Of a DNA stretch of 50,951 bases, positions 25,861 to 38,763 are shown piece after piece; position 1 is the stretch's first letter, and every line of letters starts with the position of its first letter. The notes below the pieces were generated by a model. That model was not told where the DNA came from, made no database searches, and was given only the letters and a program-made list of their open reading frames with translations. A program made the position numbers and the translations under genes. The stretch covers positions 14,149,335 through 14,200,285 of the forward strand of contig NC_069005.1 of the NCBI RefSeq assembly GCF_001194135.2. The letters are read 5' to 3'. Source of the stretch: Octopus bimaculoides. Lineage: Eukaryota.

Positions 25861-27500
25861 GATATGAAATATAATCAATCATGGCCTTGCACCAATAAAA
25901 GAAATCAATATATTTGTACACTATGTAAGATATTTACTTAGCTTTTCTACTGTTTGTCTAGAAAGACTATTACTGAAGGACTATGAGTTCTAACCATTGA
26001 AGCAATTAGTCACAAATGTCTGAATTAGTGAAGCCATCACACCTCTCCAACAAGAAGAAAACCAATTATGGAAGCTTTAGTCATGTGATCCCCAATTATC
26101 CCAACACTGCTACTTTCATCCTTTTCAAACCCTCCTTGATTGAAGAAGAGACAACAATTAGGTGACGCTGCAACAGTTTAACAAGCATTTCTTAATTAGG
26201 GTTAGTTGCAATTATAAAAAGTATAGGTGGGATGAGATTTTAGAAAATGAATTGAATACATTTTTAAATACACATTCATGACAAGGAAGCTGGTGCAGGA
26301 GAAATCAGTGGATGTGTTTTAGTTAAGCTGTTCAGATGTATTGGTTTTCTAGGATTTGTCTTGGTTTTTAAGCAAAAGTTTTGGTGTTGTGAAAGCAGTG
26401 CTTTGAGATGTTTTGTCTATTTTTTTAATTTCATTATTATTTCAAAAATAAGTTTCCATAAATATTTTTTACTTTGCTACTATATATTAAAAGTTTTTTG
26501 CTTTCTACAAATCTTTTTAGTTGATTTAAAATCCAATCAATTTTCAATAAGTATAAACCTACAACTCACAATGTTAGTGATTAGTTACGTTTTGTTGTTT
26601 TTTTTGTTTCTTTTTTTGTAATGGGGTGGAGGGTATTATATTTTTGTTCACCCCCTTTTAAATTTTGCTTATTTTTTTCAATAAATGATTTAACTCTTAT
26701 TCTCATACATGAGGCATATGGTGTGTGTATGTGCAAAGTGAAATCCCTTCCTGTCTTGGTTGCAGATAAAGTAGAAAAAACCTGGTCACCCTAGTTTTAG
26801 GTTGAAGTGCTCCAGAGTGTACATTGTTTAGAGGGAGAATAACCTTTGTTGTATTGGTTGGGGGGAAAACTGATACAGTTTCAGTGTGTAATCACTGATA
26901 CTTGTTTTATTGATCCCCAAGTGGTTGAAAGACAAAGTCAACCTGAGGTTTTGAAACTAAATACTGTATTATGTTCTACCTTTTCTGCCAGTTGACCAAT
27001 CTAACTTTCCTGTTCTTGAGCAAAACACTTCACCATTGCTCTGCGATCCCTTCAACACCTGACGTGTGGCACACTTGTGTACATGTTTAGGCAACATCGA
27101 TTTTGATGGAATGAGTGAGCTAATGTACAGCACATAGATTTGATCATTATAAATAAATCATTTGTGCAGGTCGTTTGGCAAAAGCTGAACACTCACACAC
27201 CGTCTTCAACAGGAGAGCCTATTGTATTATTATTATTATTATTATTATTATAACAGCAACATCAGTATTTTTCTTCTATGCTACTTACCACAAACAACAA
27301 TGGTATTCTGTCTCTTTCCTTATCTCTGAAATCTCTTATTCACATTCTCTTACCTACTGCTGGTGACTCTCTCCCTCACTTTTTCTAACAATTGCACCAA
27401 CCAACCATTTTTCTTATGCTCACAACACCAATACTTTTCTCTCTACCCACTACCCTTCTGTTACCTCTCTTAATTTCTCTTAAATATACTTTCTTGCAAC

Positions 27501-27525
27501 CTCTCTCTCTCTTGCAATCTCTCTC

Positions 27526-27609
<84 letters not shown>

Positions 27610-27610
27610 T
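27501..27610. repeat. (CT)n(CA)n microsatellite
   Basis: Seen directly. Confidence 0.95.
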
Positions 27611-28169
27611 TCTGACAACTGCGCATCTTCCTTTTAGTATTTAACTCAGACTTGTTTAAAGTAGATGGCAACATGCTTGTAAAATCTTATCTAACTCCCT
27701 CGACTATTTCTTCCATCCAAAGCCTCACCATTATGATTTCACTGCCATCCACTAAACGTGCAGCTCCAAATGCCATTTTCCCTTGAGAATCATAACATCT
27801 CAGAAAGGTTCCAATTCCCAAAAGATTTTATTTGATGTATGCTGAAAATTCAGCCTTGTATTTTAGTAGTTGACATCCCAGTATAGATATTACTACAAAC
27901 ATGTTGTTATAGCTACTGCATCACTGATACTACCACCATATCAGTGTATGGTGACCAATCTTGTAAAACATGACATTTGTAGTATATTCGTATGGTAGTA
28001 TGGTTTACTACTGCTTCATTATTTATTGATTCAGAAGGAAGATTTGTGCATAGAGCCTTGGAATACAAAGATTTGTTGGTGATAGTAACTGTAGTGCCAG
28101 TGGTGGTGAGATCCAAATCAGTCCTAGTCCAGCAGATTTATAATGATAGGCATCCTAATTATGACCACC

Positions 28170-28178
28170 TTGTATGTG

Positions 28179-28266
<88 letters not shown>

Positions 28267-28282
28267 TACACACACACACACT
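28170..28282. repeat. Compound (TG)(TA)(CA) microsatellite
   Basis: Seen directly. Confidence 0.95.
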
Positions 28283-28304
28283 CAAACAAACTCTGTGTGT
28301 GTAG

Positions 28305-28600
28305 GCAGGCACAGCTTTACAACCATATGGCTTTGTGTTCAGTCCCACTGCATAGCATCTTAAACAAGTGCCTTTTATGGCCTCAGGCTATAAACTATTG
28401 TCTTGTGAATTTTGCAGACAGAAGCTATGTGGAAGCCTGTCATATGTGTGCATGTGTTTGTCCCCCCACCACCGCTTGACCGCTGATTTGTTTATGCCCC
28501 CTGTAACTTAGTGGTTCAGCAAAAGATACCGATAGAATAAGTATCAGACTTAAACAAAAGTTTTGGGGTCATTTTGCTCAACAAAATCCTTTAAAATAGC
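28305..28600 (+). mobile_element. SINE family 1 copy
   Basis: GTTCAGTCCCACTG...GTAACTTAGTGGTTCAGCAAAAGATACCGATAGAATAAG. Confidence 0.78.
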
Positions 28601-28899
28601 AGTGTAATTTAAAGGAGATTTGACTGTCTTTTCAGCTGAGCCAGCAACTGTGTAAAGACTCACTTGCTGACTGTTGGTGGTTTAGTTCATAGTAGATTAT
28701 ACAGGGCTGAACTTAACCAACCAATAAAATACTGGTGCTTTCTAGTTTGTAACTCTGGGTCTTTTGCTTGCATGATGGAACAATGTTCTGTTGGGGATGG
28801 TTAGGCATTATTTTATAGTTATCAAAAAAGCCCCATTTTACTGACGTCAACAAAGTATGTTCTGAATTCTAATAATGTCATCGTTTTATTTATTAATGG

Positions 28900-29270
28900 C
28901 ACAGATGGTTGCTTCCTGATGATATGGTTTTGGGTTCAGTTCTACTGCATGGCATCTTGGGCAGTTGTCTTCTTCCACAGCTCGGGGTCAACCAGAGCTT
29001 TTTGGGTGGATTTGGTAGACACAAAGTGAAAGAAGCCCATCATGTGTGTGGGTCCTTGTCTTAACATTGTGTGGTAGTTGTAAATGCATGTCAGTGTCAT
29101 CCACTTGTATTCATTTCCAGTATTCTTCAAGAACATGTCTGCACAAGGTGAAATGTTGCCTTACTTAGAAACAGGAGAGAGGTAGAGACTAGAAAGGCAT
29201 CTGGCTGGAGATGATTTACTTCAATAAATTTCATTCAAGTCAGCAAGCATGGAAAAGTGAACATGAAAAT
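28900..29270 (+). mobile_element. SINE family 1 copy
   Basis: GGTTCAGTTCTACTGCATGGCATCTTGGGCA...CAAGCATGGAAAAGTGAAC. Confidence 0.72.
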
Positions 29271-29488
29271 GATACTGGTCTTGATATTGATGATCAATGC
29301 ATCTTAAATAAGACTTTTTATATGGTGGATGTAAAAGTGACTTGTAGTAAAAGGGGAAAATGTGTTCACATGAGAAAAAGGTTGGAAATAAATGGGGAAT
29401 TGACGAGTGCTTTCCCTGTGATTATTGCACTATTAAGTGGTATTCATTTTATAGGTTACGGTAGTTTCTTTTTTCTTTTTGTTCAAAT

Positions 29489-29860
29489 AGGCACAGGAGT
29501 GGGTGTGTGGTAAGAAGCTTGCTTCCTAACCACATGGTTCCAGGTTCAGTCCCACTGTGTGGCACCTTGGGCAAGTGTCTTCTGCTATAGCCTTGGGCTA
29601 AGCCTTGTGAGTGGATCTGGTAGACAGAAACTGAAAAAAGCCTGTTGTGTGTGTGTGTGTGTGTCTGTGTTTGTTCCCCCTCCATCGCTTGACAACCAAT
29701 GTTGGTGTGGTTATGTCTCCTTAACTTAGTGGCTCTGCGAAAGAGACCAACAAAATAGTATTAGGCTTACAAAAAATAAGTCTTGGGGTTGATTTGTTCG
29801 ACCAAAAGTGGTATTCCAGCATGGCTGCAGTCAAATAACTGAAACAAGTAAAAGAATAAG
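29489..29860 (+). mobile_element. tRNA-derived SINE family 1, near full length
   Basis: GGCACAGGAGTGGGTGTGTGGTAAGAAGCTTGCTTCCTAACCACATGGTTCCAGGTTCAGTCCCACTG... internal (TG)n ... tail GAAACAAGTAAAAGAATAAG. Confidence 0.88.
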
Positions 29861-30093
29861 TTAAAATGGTGTTGCACTATACTGGTGATGGAGGGATACT
29901 GAAGGTCTGTAATGATGAAGCTGTTATCAAACTAGTGACCAATGCAGTGAATCTATCAAAAAATAGGAGTAAAGAGCCAGTTAGCGCTCAACTGGGGAAC
30001 ACTAGTTTATAAGTCTATTGAAGTTTATTCACCAACAGGCTGTGTTAAATGAATTATGTTACAAAAATGTATTCAGGTACATTTGACACTTGC

Positions 30094-30510
30094 TTAACCT
30101 TTCAGCATTCACATTACTCTGTCAAATATAATGCTTATTATTTCCATTGTTTTGAATTAATCATTCATTATCTTGTTGCTTCAAGATTTGGATGATGTGG
30201 TTGTTTATATTTAGAATGACATTGCAGGGCATGTGTGAAAGACCAGACCTGGTCAGTTTCAACATAAAACCGGTAGACTCTTTGGCTTAGACATGGCCGG
30301 TTTAATCTTTTAGCATTTAATTCAGCCATATCCAGCCCAGATGTTCTGTTTTATATTAAAACTGACCAGATCTAATCTTTCATACCTACCCGACAATGTC
30401 ATTCTCAACATAGAAACACATCATTGAAATCTTGAAGCTACAATTAATTCAAAGCTATGTGAATAAATAAACAATATATTTGACAAAAGAATCTGAACAC
30501 TAAAGGGTAA
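30094..30510. mobile_element. Two abutting family A MITEs in inverted orientation
   Basis: Forward copy 30094-30305 and reverse copy 30302-30510 share one TTAA. Confidence 0.78.
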
Positions 30511-31073
30511 CTAGCATTAGCTTTGTCTTCAGGATGATAATACAAGGCAGAGGCATGGCTGTGTGCTTAAGAAGTTCACAACCACAGTGGGCTGACCAAT
30601 GCTTTGTGTGTGAATTTGGTAGATGGAAATTGTGTGGAAGCTTGTTGTGTATGTGTTTGTTTACCTTTATACTTTTCTGAAAATCTCTCACCTACATCTT
30701 TCATTACCTCAGTCAATAAATTATTTGCTGGCTCTGCACTTTCATGAGACTCTTTACTGGAAAAGTAGCTAATGCTTAGCAGCATGAAAGACATCTGGCC
30801 ATAAATGATATATTCATCTAACCCATGCTAGCACAGAAAATGGACATAAAAAACAAATGGATGAACTTGCATTCCTTGCAGCTTAGAACAGTATTTCCCA
30901 AAATGTTTCAAGAATTTTTGCAAACTACCTTATTTCTGATCATTCCAAAAAATTATATTTTGACTTTTAAAATGGCAATCTGCTGTTCGAAAGGTTGTAC
31001 AGACTGAAAACATTGAGGAGATGTCAAATATTCTGATAAACTATTTTGTGGGAATTATTGATTTCTTCCTGAG

Positions 31074-31075
<2 letters not shown>

Positions 31076-31110
<35 letters not shown>
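31076..31110. repeat. Poly(A) tract (another at ~2761-2784)
   Basis: Seen directly. Confidence 0.95.
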
Positions 31111-31114
<4 letters not shown>

Positions 31115-31565
31115 ATTTTTAGAGGGTGTGTATGTTTGATTCAATTTGCTTCAATATTTCTTGTGGTACTTTGAGGTGATGGTGGTAGTAGGAATGTTGT
31201 GTTCTATCATACTGTTTAGCAAAATATTGTTGTGTTTGCATGTATTTCTTTATATTTAGAAGTCTCAATCAATCGACAAGTTAAACTGCTTATAGAACAG
31301 CCCCATAAATATACCTAGTTATGTACATTCACACACAGGCAGCATGACTATTTAAGCTGTTGTGAATATTGTATATTGTATATTGTAAATATGCCCATTG
31401 TTATGCTATTAGTGTTAGCAATAACATATTTTTAATATACAACATTCATAATAACAATTTTGCATCTTGCTATATAACACTAAGATGTTTACATGTCTTA
31501 CATGAGGATTTTATACCCCACCACCAATACCACCACCACACATGCATGCACACACACACACACAC

Positions 31566-31797
31566 TTATTTCTTTATTGCCCACAAGGGGCTAAACATAG
31601 AGGGGACAAACAAGGACAGACAAAGGGATTAAGTCGATTACATTGACCCCAGTGCGTAACTGGTACTTAATTTATCGACCCCGAAAGGATGAAAGGCAAA
31701 GTTGACCTTGGTGGAATTTGAACTCAGAATGTAAAAACAAACGAAATACCGCTAGGCATTTCGCCCAGCACGCTAACATTTCTGCCAGCTCGCCGCC
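31566..31797 (-). mobile_element. Relatively young tRNA-derived SINE (family 2, octopus OK/OR-like) with TSD
   Basis: Minus strand GGCGGCGAGCTGGCAGAAATGTTAGC (A box), GAGTTCAAATTCC (B box), tail GGGCAATAAAGAAATAA. Many CpGs intact. ACACACACACTT on both flanks. Confidence 0.88.
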
Positions 31798-33909
31798 ACA
31801 CACACACTTTCTGTATATCAAGTACCCCTCCTAAAGATCTCTTCATTATGGGTTTGAGTATGTTCTTTTTGTTTTTCCACCTCACCATTACTAGTCTATC
31901 TCACACCAAGAGCGGTAACTACCATTAAAAATGATCTTCATCACCAATTTTGCCAACATTGTCATTTGCTTTGGAGGGGCTTAAGACAATTATTTGCAAT
32001 CTCAGCAAACCACTAGAGGCATTGATAGTGATTTCTTTGAATTTGTTATATATTTAGATTAAATTGGAGATTAAATTTTGCAAAATATTTCATCATCCTA
32101 GCTAACGAGTGAAATGCAGATTCAGTATTAGGGTTGAATAAGAATCCAAACAAATCTGGTGATTACTTTATAATCATTGCAGATATGTAAATCTCCTCTG
32201 ATTTTCTTACAGCTATAACAGAAAATACCCACTTAACTACCACTAGGTAGAGCATGCTTTTATATGCTCTGTTAAATCATTCCTTGTAATTTAATACTAG
32301 TGGAAAAAATATGAACTTTTCTAAGATTCTTTCATTTCAGCAGATCAGTCTTCCACCTCAGATAACAATGAAGCTGATTAATATTGTATTATTAATATGT
32401 AATACAATATTGATATGTAATACATGCCACCTTAAATATATTTAGTCACGTACAAACACAAAAGCATGCACAAATATTGATGTATCAATGACATATCACA
32501 GTCCACAACCACTGGCGTAATTTCATATTGAATTCCTGTCTCTAGAGTGCTGTCAGCAAATACCCAGCATTTTAAAAATTGATCAATTAAACTGGCCAAG
32601 TGGCTGATTGCTTTTGTAAAGTTGGCCAATGAGTTCACCACATGAAATTAAGGTAATCTTGCTAGTGGTATCTCCTTGCATATCTAAACAGATGTTACTA
32701 AGTTTATCTTGGAAGAAGCTAGTTGTCTTTCCTCTTTGCTCTGTGTCAATGCATTCATTTCAGTGTCAAAGCTTTGAAATATTCCATATTTTTCCCTTTT
32801 AAAAGTAGAAGCTGGAGAATGACTCTTTTTTTGTTGCATAATTTACATTGAGAAAATTTCTTCCTTTCAGTCAGGCAACTCTTGGCCTAGCTTCCTTAAG
32901 AAATATCAACTCTTAAAGTTCAATATCATTCCATGTCCATGTGTGAAATTTCACACATACATTGACATATTTCCCAATTGCAGCTGTTCCAACAGTCTTG
33001 ATCTGTGGGATATATAATAAATGCCCTCAATGTGTTCATTTGTATCAGTTCCTCTTAATCATAAAATTTAGACCCACTGTCATGACAACAATGTTGAAAT
33101 TTTATAAGGTACTCAGATGATTCATGATGCAACAACATTAATTTAGTTTTTGTTTTGCAAGGCCCAAGTTTTTTTTTTCCCTTTAGATCTCACATTTTTC
33201 ATGTTTTTTATTTTTTTAAATTTTTTAATAGTCAAGCATGTGTCCTCCAGTTGTTTCAGACAAACCATTAGTGAAACATTCAGTAAAAATCATATTGCTT
33301 TTGCACTGCCATGTTCTTCATTATCTTAATGTTTTTGTTTTAGTGGAGGTTGCAAAACTGCTTAAGCATGTTTCAACATGGTCAAGATTGGCCAACATGA
33401 TTTGGATTCTAGTTACAATACAATTCTAGTTGTGTTGTGACATACAGAGCTTAAAATGTTATGGTTACATGAAATCCTTTCCATTCAGTTGTTTCCATCC
33501 TGGTCAATGGTGAACACACAAGCAAATAGCATACACCTATATTAACTTATGAATAACATATTTACAATATGCAATATTCACAAATAATTAAGCACAACAC
33601 AGCACATATTGGTTATTCTGAAATTTTTGAGATGTACCTATAATTTTTAAATTATATACTGCACTGCAAAATGAATACTAATTTTAACCCATTTTTATAT
33701 TCCTGTGTTGACAGAAAACTATTGGGATTGTTCTGGTTAGTTTCATTTCTAATTGAGAATTCATCAGAGATCAAATGTCCTAATTTTCTGTTCACAAAGA
33801 AATTGACAGCTTGTAACTATTTATATCAAACACAAACCAGGATCCAGCTGAAATAGCCAGTCTGATGTACATAACCATGCATCTGTGGATAGTATGATAA
33901 TTTTATGCA

Positions 33910-34235
33910 CGGGCATAGTTGTGTGAGTTACAAGCTCACTTTTCACCATGTGATTTCAGGTTCACTTCCACTGCACAGCACCTTGGGCAAGTGTCTTCAA
34001 CTATAACCCCAGACTGGTCAATGCTTTGTGAGTGAATTTGGTAAATGGGAACTGTGCAAAAGCTCATTGTGTGTATGTCACTTGAGGCCTAATTTGGCTA
34101 ATGTACACCATAACATAGCAGTTCAGCTTAAGAGACTGATAGAATATGTACCAGACTTAAAATTAAGTACTGGGGTTTTTGTTCAACTAAACTTGTGTAG
34201 GTGGTGTCCCACAATGTCTGAAACAAAAGATAACA
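33910..34235 (+). mobile_element. SINE family 1 copy
   Basis: Head and body homology to family 1. Confidence 0.72.
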
Positions 34236-35050
34236 GAGGGGTAACACATCTTAAGTTTGATAATCTGAAATTTTTAATGGTGGCGTATCTTTTAAATTAT
34301 AAGCCTTGCTATGAAATATGTTTGTAAAGGTTATCAATCTTTCTACCATATTATGCAATACATTTTATTTTGTCTTCTTTTTTATGCATTCTTTATACAT
34401 AGTTACCAATATCTTACATTTTTCTTTCTGTTTATTTTAAATCCTCTGAACTGCCTATTGCTTGCCTGAATGTTTTTTTGGTAATAGTCGTCTTTTTGTT
34501 CTTTCAGAATTTCAAAAATATTTCTAGTCTTCCCTCTAATGTACCTACAATTTCTTTTTGTGGGTAGATACTTGTCACTCCTTTGCTATTTTTATGGACC
34601 ACATGGCAACCAAACTTATTGTGTTTGAGACCATCTTTGTCATTAAGAATAATAATGATTATTGAATGGAACAACTGTAGATCATGTGCTGTAGCCTTTA
34701 CTTTTTCTCCTCTTCCTTTTAATTCCCAAACCAAGTAACATCTGTTTCTTACCTGGTGCAGGCAGTGGAGGTAATCTTTGTGGGGTAAGACAGGGTTGTA
34801 TGGTTAACCTTAAGCACACTGTAAGTGCATCATGTCACCATATGAGTTTTCTCCCCTGTAGTATCAGGGCAGAGGAAACAATTCTAGAGAAAATGCAGTA
34901 TGCTAAAAGTTAAGAAGTCTACTTCCCAACCACAAAGTTTCAGGTTTAGGCCTACTGCTTAGCACCTTGGATGTGTGTCTTCTACTATAGTCGCATGCTG
35001 ATCAAAGCCTTGTGAGTGGATTTGGTAGCAAAAGCTGAAAGCAACCTGGC

Positions 35051-35094
<44 letters not shown>

Positions 35095-35335
35095 GGTAAG
35101 TGGTAAAGTTACCTTATTCAGTCGTACTGACTTATAAGGGCTGGTTTCATGACGTATATATTCCCCACCTGGACAGGGTACCAGTCCATCACAGGATTAC
35201 TCATTTTTGTCAGCTGAGTGAACTGGGGCAATATGAAATGGAAGTGTTTTGCTCGAACACATCACCCACTCCAGGAGTCAAAACCACAATCTTATCAAGA
35301 ATCCAACACCCTAACTACTAAGCCATACACCTCCA
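35095..35335 (-). mobile_element. SINE family 3 with V/Meta-type core (related copies at ~18730-19015 and ~27010-27200)
   Basis: Minus strand CCTGTGATGGACTGGTACCCTGTCCAGG resembles the conserved SINE core CCTGCGATGGACTGG..CC.GTCCAGG. The assignment is from recall. Confidence 0.5.
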
Positions 35336-35871
35336 CTATGTGTGTGTGTGTGTGTGTGTCCCCGTCCTTGTCTTGATATCACATGTTGGTTGTAAATGAG
35401 TGTCACTGTCATACAAGCAGTGTCTTCCATTCTCAATCTTCTGCAATAAGATGTATGGCCAGGGGGGAAATAATAAAGAAGCATGTGTATGTGTGTGTAT
35501 GAGGAACTGGGGAGAGGTCAATCGAGTTTGCTAGAGGAGATATTTAGGGTTTAAATTATAAATTTTTATATGCTTGATGGGTGTCAGTTCATCATATTGT
35601 TTAGAGTTGTATCTGTTGTTTATAGTAAGATAAAAGGGTTAAGGACTCTGTCATTTAGTAAAATTATGTAAATTATTCAATTAATGAACAATATCTTTAT
35701 AATGGTAATTGGACCTATGTCTGTATGCTGTTACACTTTCAGTAGTTAAGCATTAAATGTACTTTAATAATATGTAGCTCCTTTAACAGCTAACCATTCA
35801 GTAGTGCATTTTTATTCCTTCCTTTTTCTTTCACAGTCAAAGAAGACTTGCTAAAGTTATAGTTACATAAG

Positions 35872-36145
35872 CGCAGATGTAGCTGTGTGGTAAGAAGTTT
35901 ACTTCCAACCACATGGTTCCAGATTCACCTTGGACAAGTGTCTTCTACTATAGCCTCGGCCTACCAAAGCCTTGTGAGTGGATTTGGTAGACAGAAATTG
36001 ATAAAAAAAACCTGTTTTATGTGTGTGTGTATGTATGCCCTTGAGTTTGTCCTCCACCACTGCTTGATAACCAGTGTTGGTTTGTTTATGTCCCTGTAAC
36101 TTAGTGATTTGGCAAAATAAACCAATAGAATAGGTACCAGGTTTA
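35872..36145 (+). mobile_element. SINE family 1 copy
   Basis: GCGCAGATGTAGCTGTGTGGTAAGAAG...GTAACTTAGTGATTTGGCAAAA. Confidence 0.78.
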
Positions 36146-37410
36146 TTTTTAAAAAATTAGCATTATCTTCAAATGGAATACCTAACCTGAATACTTGCAA
36201 CAGAGTGAACTTTGTGCAAGGTACCCCTGTACCAAATGATGATGTTTAAACTAGGGTGATGGATTAAATCTGTCACCCAAAAAACAACAGCATGCAAAGA
36301 GCTAGAATGAATGCTGCAAGGCATCTTGTCCACTGCTCTCATAATCCTGACAATCCACTTGTTACCTTTAATAGGAACTTTATTTTATCCACCCTAAAAG
36401 GATAAAAGGCAAAGTTAATTCTGGGAAAATTTGAACTCAAAATTTTGAGAACCAAAATAAATACCATGCTAACGGCTCTGCCAAATAGCCACTTATTTTT
36501 CAATTGAATTTCTTCTGTCTCAAAGTTCAACTAAAAACCTTTCAAAGCAATGCCCCATTATGGCTGTGGTCCAATGACTGAAATTAGTAAAAGATAAAAG
36601 ACAGACAGATTAGTGAGTAGGTACATATATAGATAAAGACAATAATTCTTATATTTTGCTCGTTTCAGTCATTGAACTTTGGCTATGCCGAGGATCGATT
36701 TGTTCAACTGAACCCCTTGAAGGGTTTCATTGAACAAATCATTCTTATTCTGTTGGTCTGTTTTTGCTGAACTGTAAGGTTCTGAACATATGAAATACAT
36801 AAATTTTATTTTTCTTGTTTTGTTTTGTATATTTTTTTTTTTATAGTTACTACTAGAAAATATGTATGTCTCTAAATATGTAGATGTAGTTGAGATTATA
36901 AAAAAAAATTCCATTGTTGAAAAAGAAAAAGAAAACAAAATTGATTTCAGATCAGTTCATAATTTCTACTATTAGTGATCACATATATATATGTGACTTT
37001 ACATGTATGTGCTTTTGTATAGTAATGTGTGGTTGCATGTGTATTAGTTTGTAACTGTGCGTGCATGTGTGTGTGTGTTTAGCAGTGAAGTGTTGCAAAT
37101 GAATGCTTTGTCCAGCCACCATTACAGAACTACACAGAACAAAGAATTACTTTGTATCAACAATTTGCTCTTCCATGATGTATCAACAATTTACTCTTCC
37201 ATGATGTACTCTGCTTGGGGACCACTTTTTTTTTTTATGTGTGTAACTGTTTTTCTGTTTGCATATCTGTTTTGTGTGTGTGTTTATCTATCTTACATGT
37301 TAAGTGCTTACATGCAGTTGTGTGGTATTTGTACGCATTTTGGTGTTGTGTATGAAGTGTGATGGATGGTTGAATGCATGTGTCCAGCAATAGCTTTATG
37401 GTATATGCAC

Positions 37411-37682
37411 TGTTGTGTGAGAGTACAACCCCCGGCAAGAATGGACTGGACTACTACGTATAAATAGTAGCAGTCTGAGTAAGTGAAGTAGTTCGTGCTA
37501 GTTCCACAGTTCATGTGTCACTAGTTCAAAGTTGGAGTTCAGAGTTCACAGTTTGAGTTAGCGTGTTGGATTATTGGTTCTTAAAAGATTGTTGTTGTGT
37601 TCCATGTGTTTACTGCCATTTGTTTCAATTATATTGTTATTACACCGTTGCAGTGTATTCGTTTATCCATAAGGATATAACA
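37411..37682 (+). repeat. 5' LTR of the Gypsy element
   Basis: Starts TGTTGTGTGAGAGTA, ends GGATATAACA, is followed by the PBS, and is homologous to 39392-39627. Confidence 0.85.
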
Positions 37683-37689
37683 TCTGGCG

Positions 37690-38460
37690 ATGAGGATTGT
37701 TCGAAACTCACATTGGTTATGTGACAATTTCTGCGTCACGGAAAACCTATTAGCTGCAGTAGTACAGCTTCAAGAGAAGCAACAGAACAACTACAGGAGT
37801 TACAAAAACAAATACTACAACAACAGTAAATCTGAAAATCCAGTAAGCTCGTTTATGCCTGACGGCATGGCTAACACTATTTCTGAATTTACATGTAATC
37901 TGGAGGAGGGTATTACATTTCTTACATATTATAGAAGATATGGGGAAATTTTTAACAAGTGCAAGTCATATTCGGAGCAGCAGAAAGTAAGGTTTTTACT
38001 CTGCCAGGTATCACCAACTGAACCTGAATATTCCTGTAACTTTATTCTGCCCAAAACATTGAGTGAGATTGGTTTCCAAGAAGCCATGGAACTGCTTTCA
38101 AAAATTTTTTGTGATAAGTTCATTATTCAACACCAGTATGGAGTGTTGGAACTTAACAAAAAAATGAGGAGGATGATTTTGTCACCTATGCCAGAGTAGT
38201 CAACCATATGTGTGAAAATTTCAAATTCCAGGATGTCACTCAGGATATGTTCAAATCACTTATGTTCGTGCAAGGATTTGTAGCACCTTAAGACAGAGAA
38301 ATTCAGGCATGGATTCTCTTGAAAATGGAGCAAGCAAACCAAGATTTATCTCTACAGACCACCATGGTAAAGTGGTGGTCTGCAAACTGGTGCTGGTATG
38401 CAAGCCATCAGCTGCCGGTATGTGGCAAGTTTCCAAAAAAGAAAGAAACATCATAAAATG
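37690..38460 (+). pseudogene. Gypsy gag pseudogene (frameshifted, truncated)
   Basis: ORF 37690-38199 (GITFLTYYRRY...KVRFLLCQVS..E...CNFILPK...F.EAMELLSKIF) continues in a shifted frame as VNHMCENFKFQDVTQDMFKSLMFVQGF..*DREIQAWILLKME. This matches my recollection of Mag-clade gag (ITF..WY.RY.D.F...KVRLLL..L...E...Y..FILPK; F.CLIFVCGL...D.EIR.RLL). Confidence 0.8.
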
Positions 38461-38763
38461 GTCATGTAATATTGTATTGTTTACAAAATAAATATAAGAT
38501 AAAAAAAAAATTGTCAACTTTTATTATATTCATTATATATATTAGAAATAATACATTTCTAAATCTCTCAGAGAGACTTAAGCAGTAGTGATGCGATAAA
38601 GTAGTTGTATACTGCCAACTTAACGTGGCAGTCCCAATAAGGGAATATACTACTGCTATTTAGCCCTAGGAAGCTGGACCGCTTCCTGTTGGCCTTGACA
38701 CATTTCCTGTGTCCTTATCTTTGCGAGGGGGGAGACAAACTCCTCCACCCAGTCTAGCCTGCA

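Noticed and set aside
27992-28479. ORFs of 101-123 aa
   Set aside because: They run through (TG)(TA)(CA) microsatellites and a SINE head; the low complexity explains the missing stops.
28659-28780. Minus-strand donor AA|GTGAGT with an upstream CAG acceptor
   Set aside because: All three frames from the best acceptor contain stops.
32430-33120. Possible decayed DNA-transposon coding relic (minus strand)
   Set aside because: Only vague similarity; no diagnostic motif could be read.
34753-34886. Strong minus-strand acceptor (TTTTCTCTAG) and donor (CAG|GTAAGA)
   Set aside because: All three frames from the strong acceptor hit stops, and the sequence looks repeat-derived.
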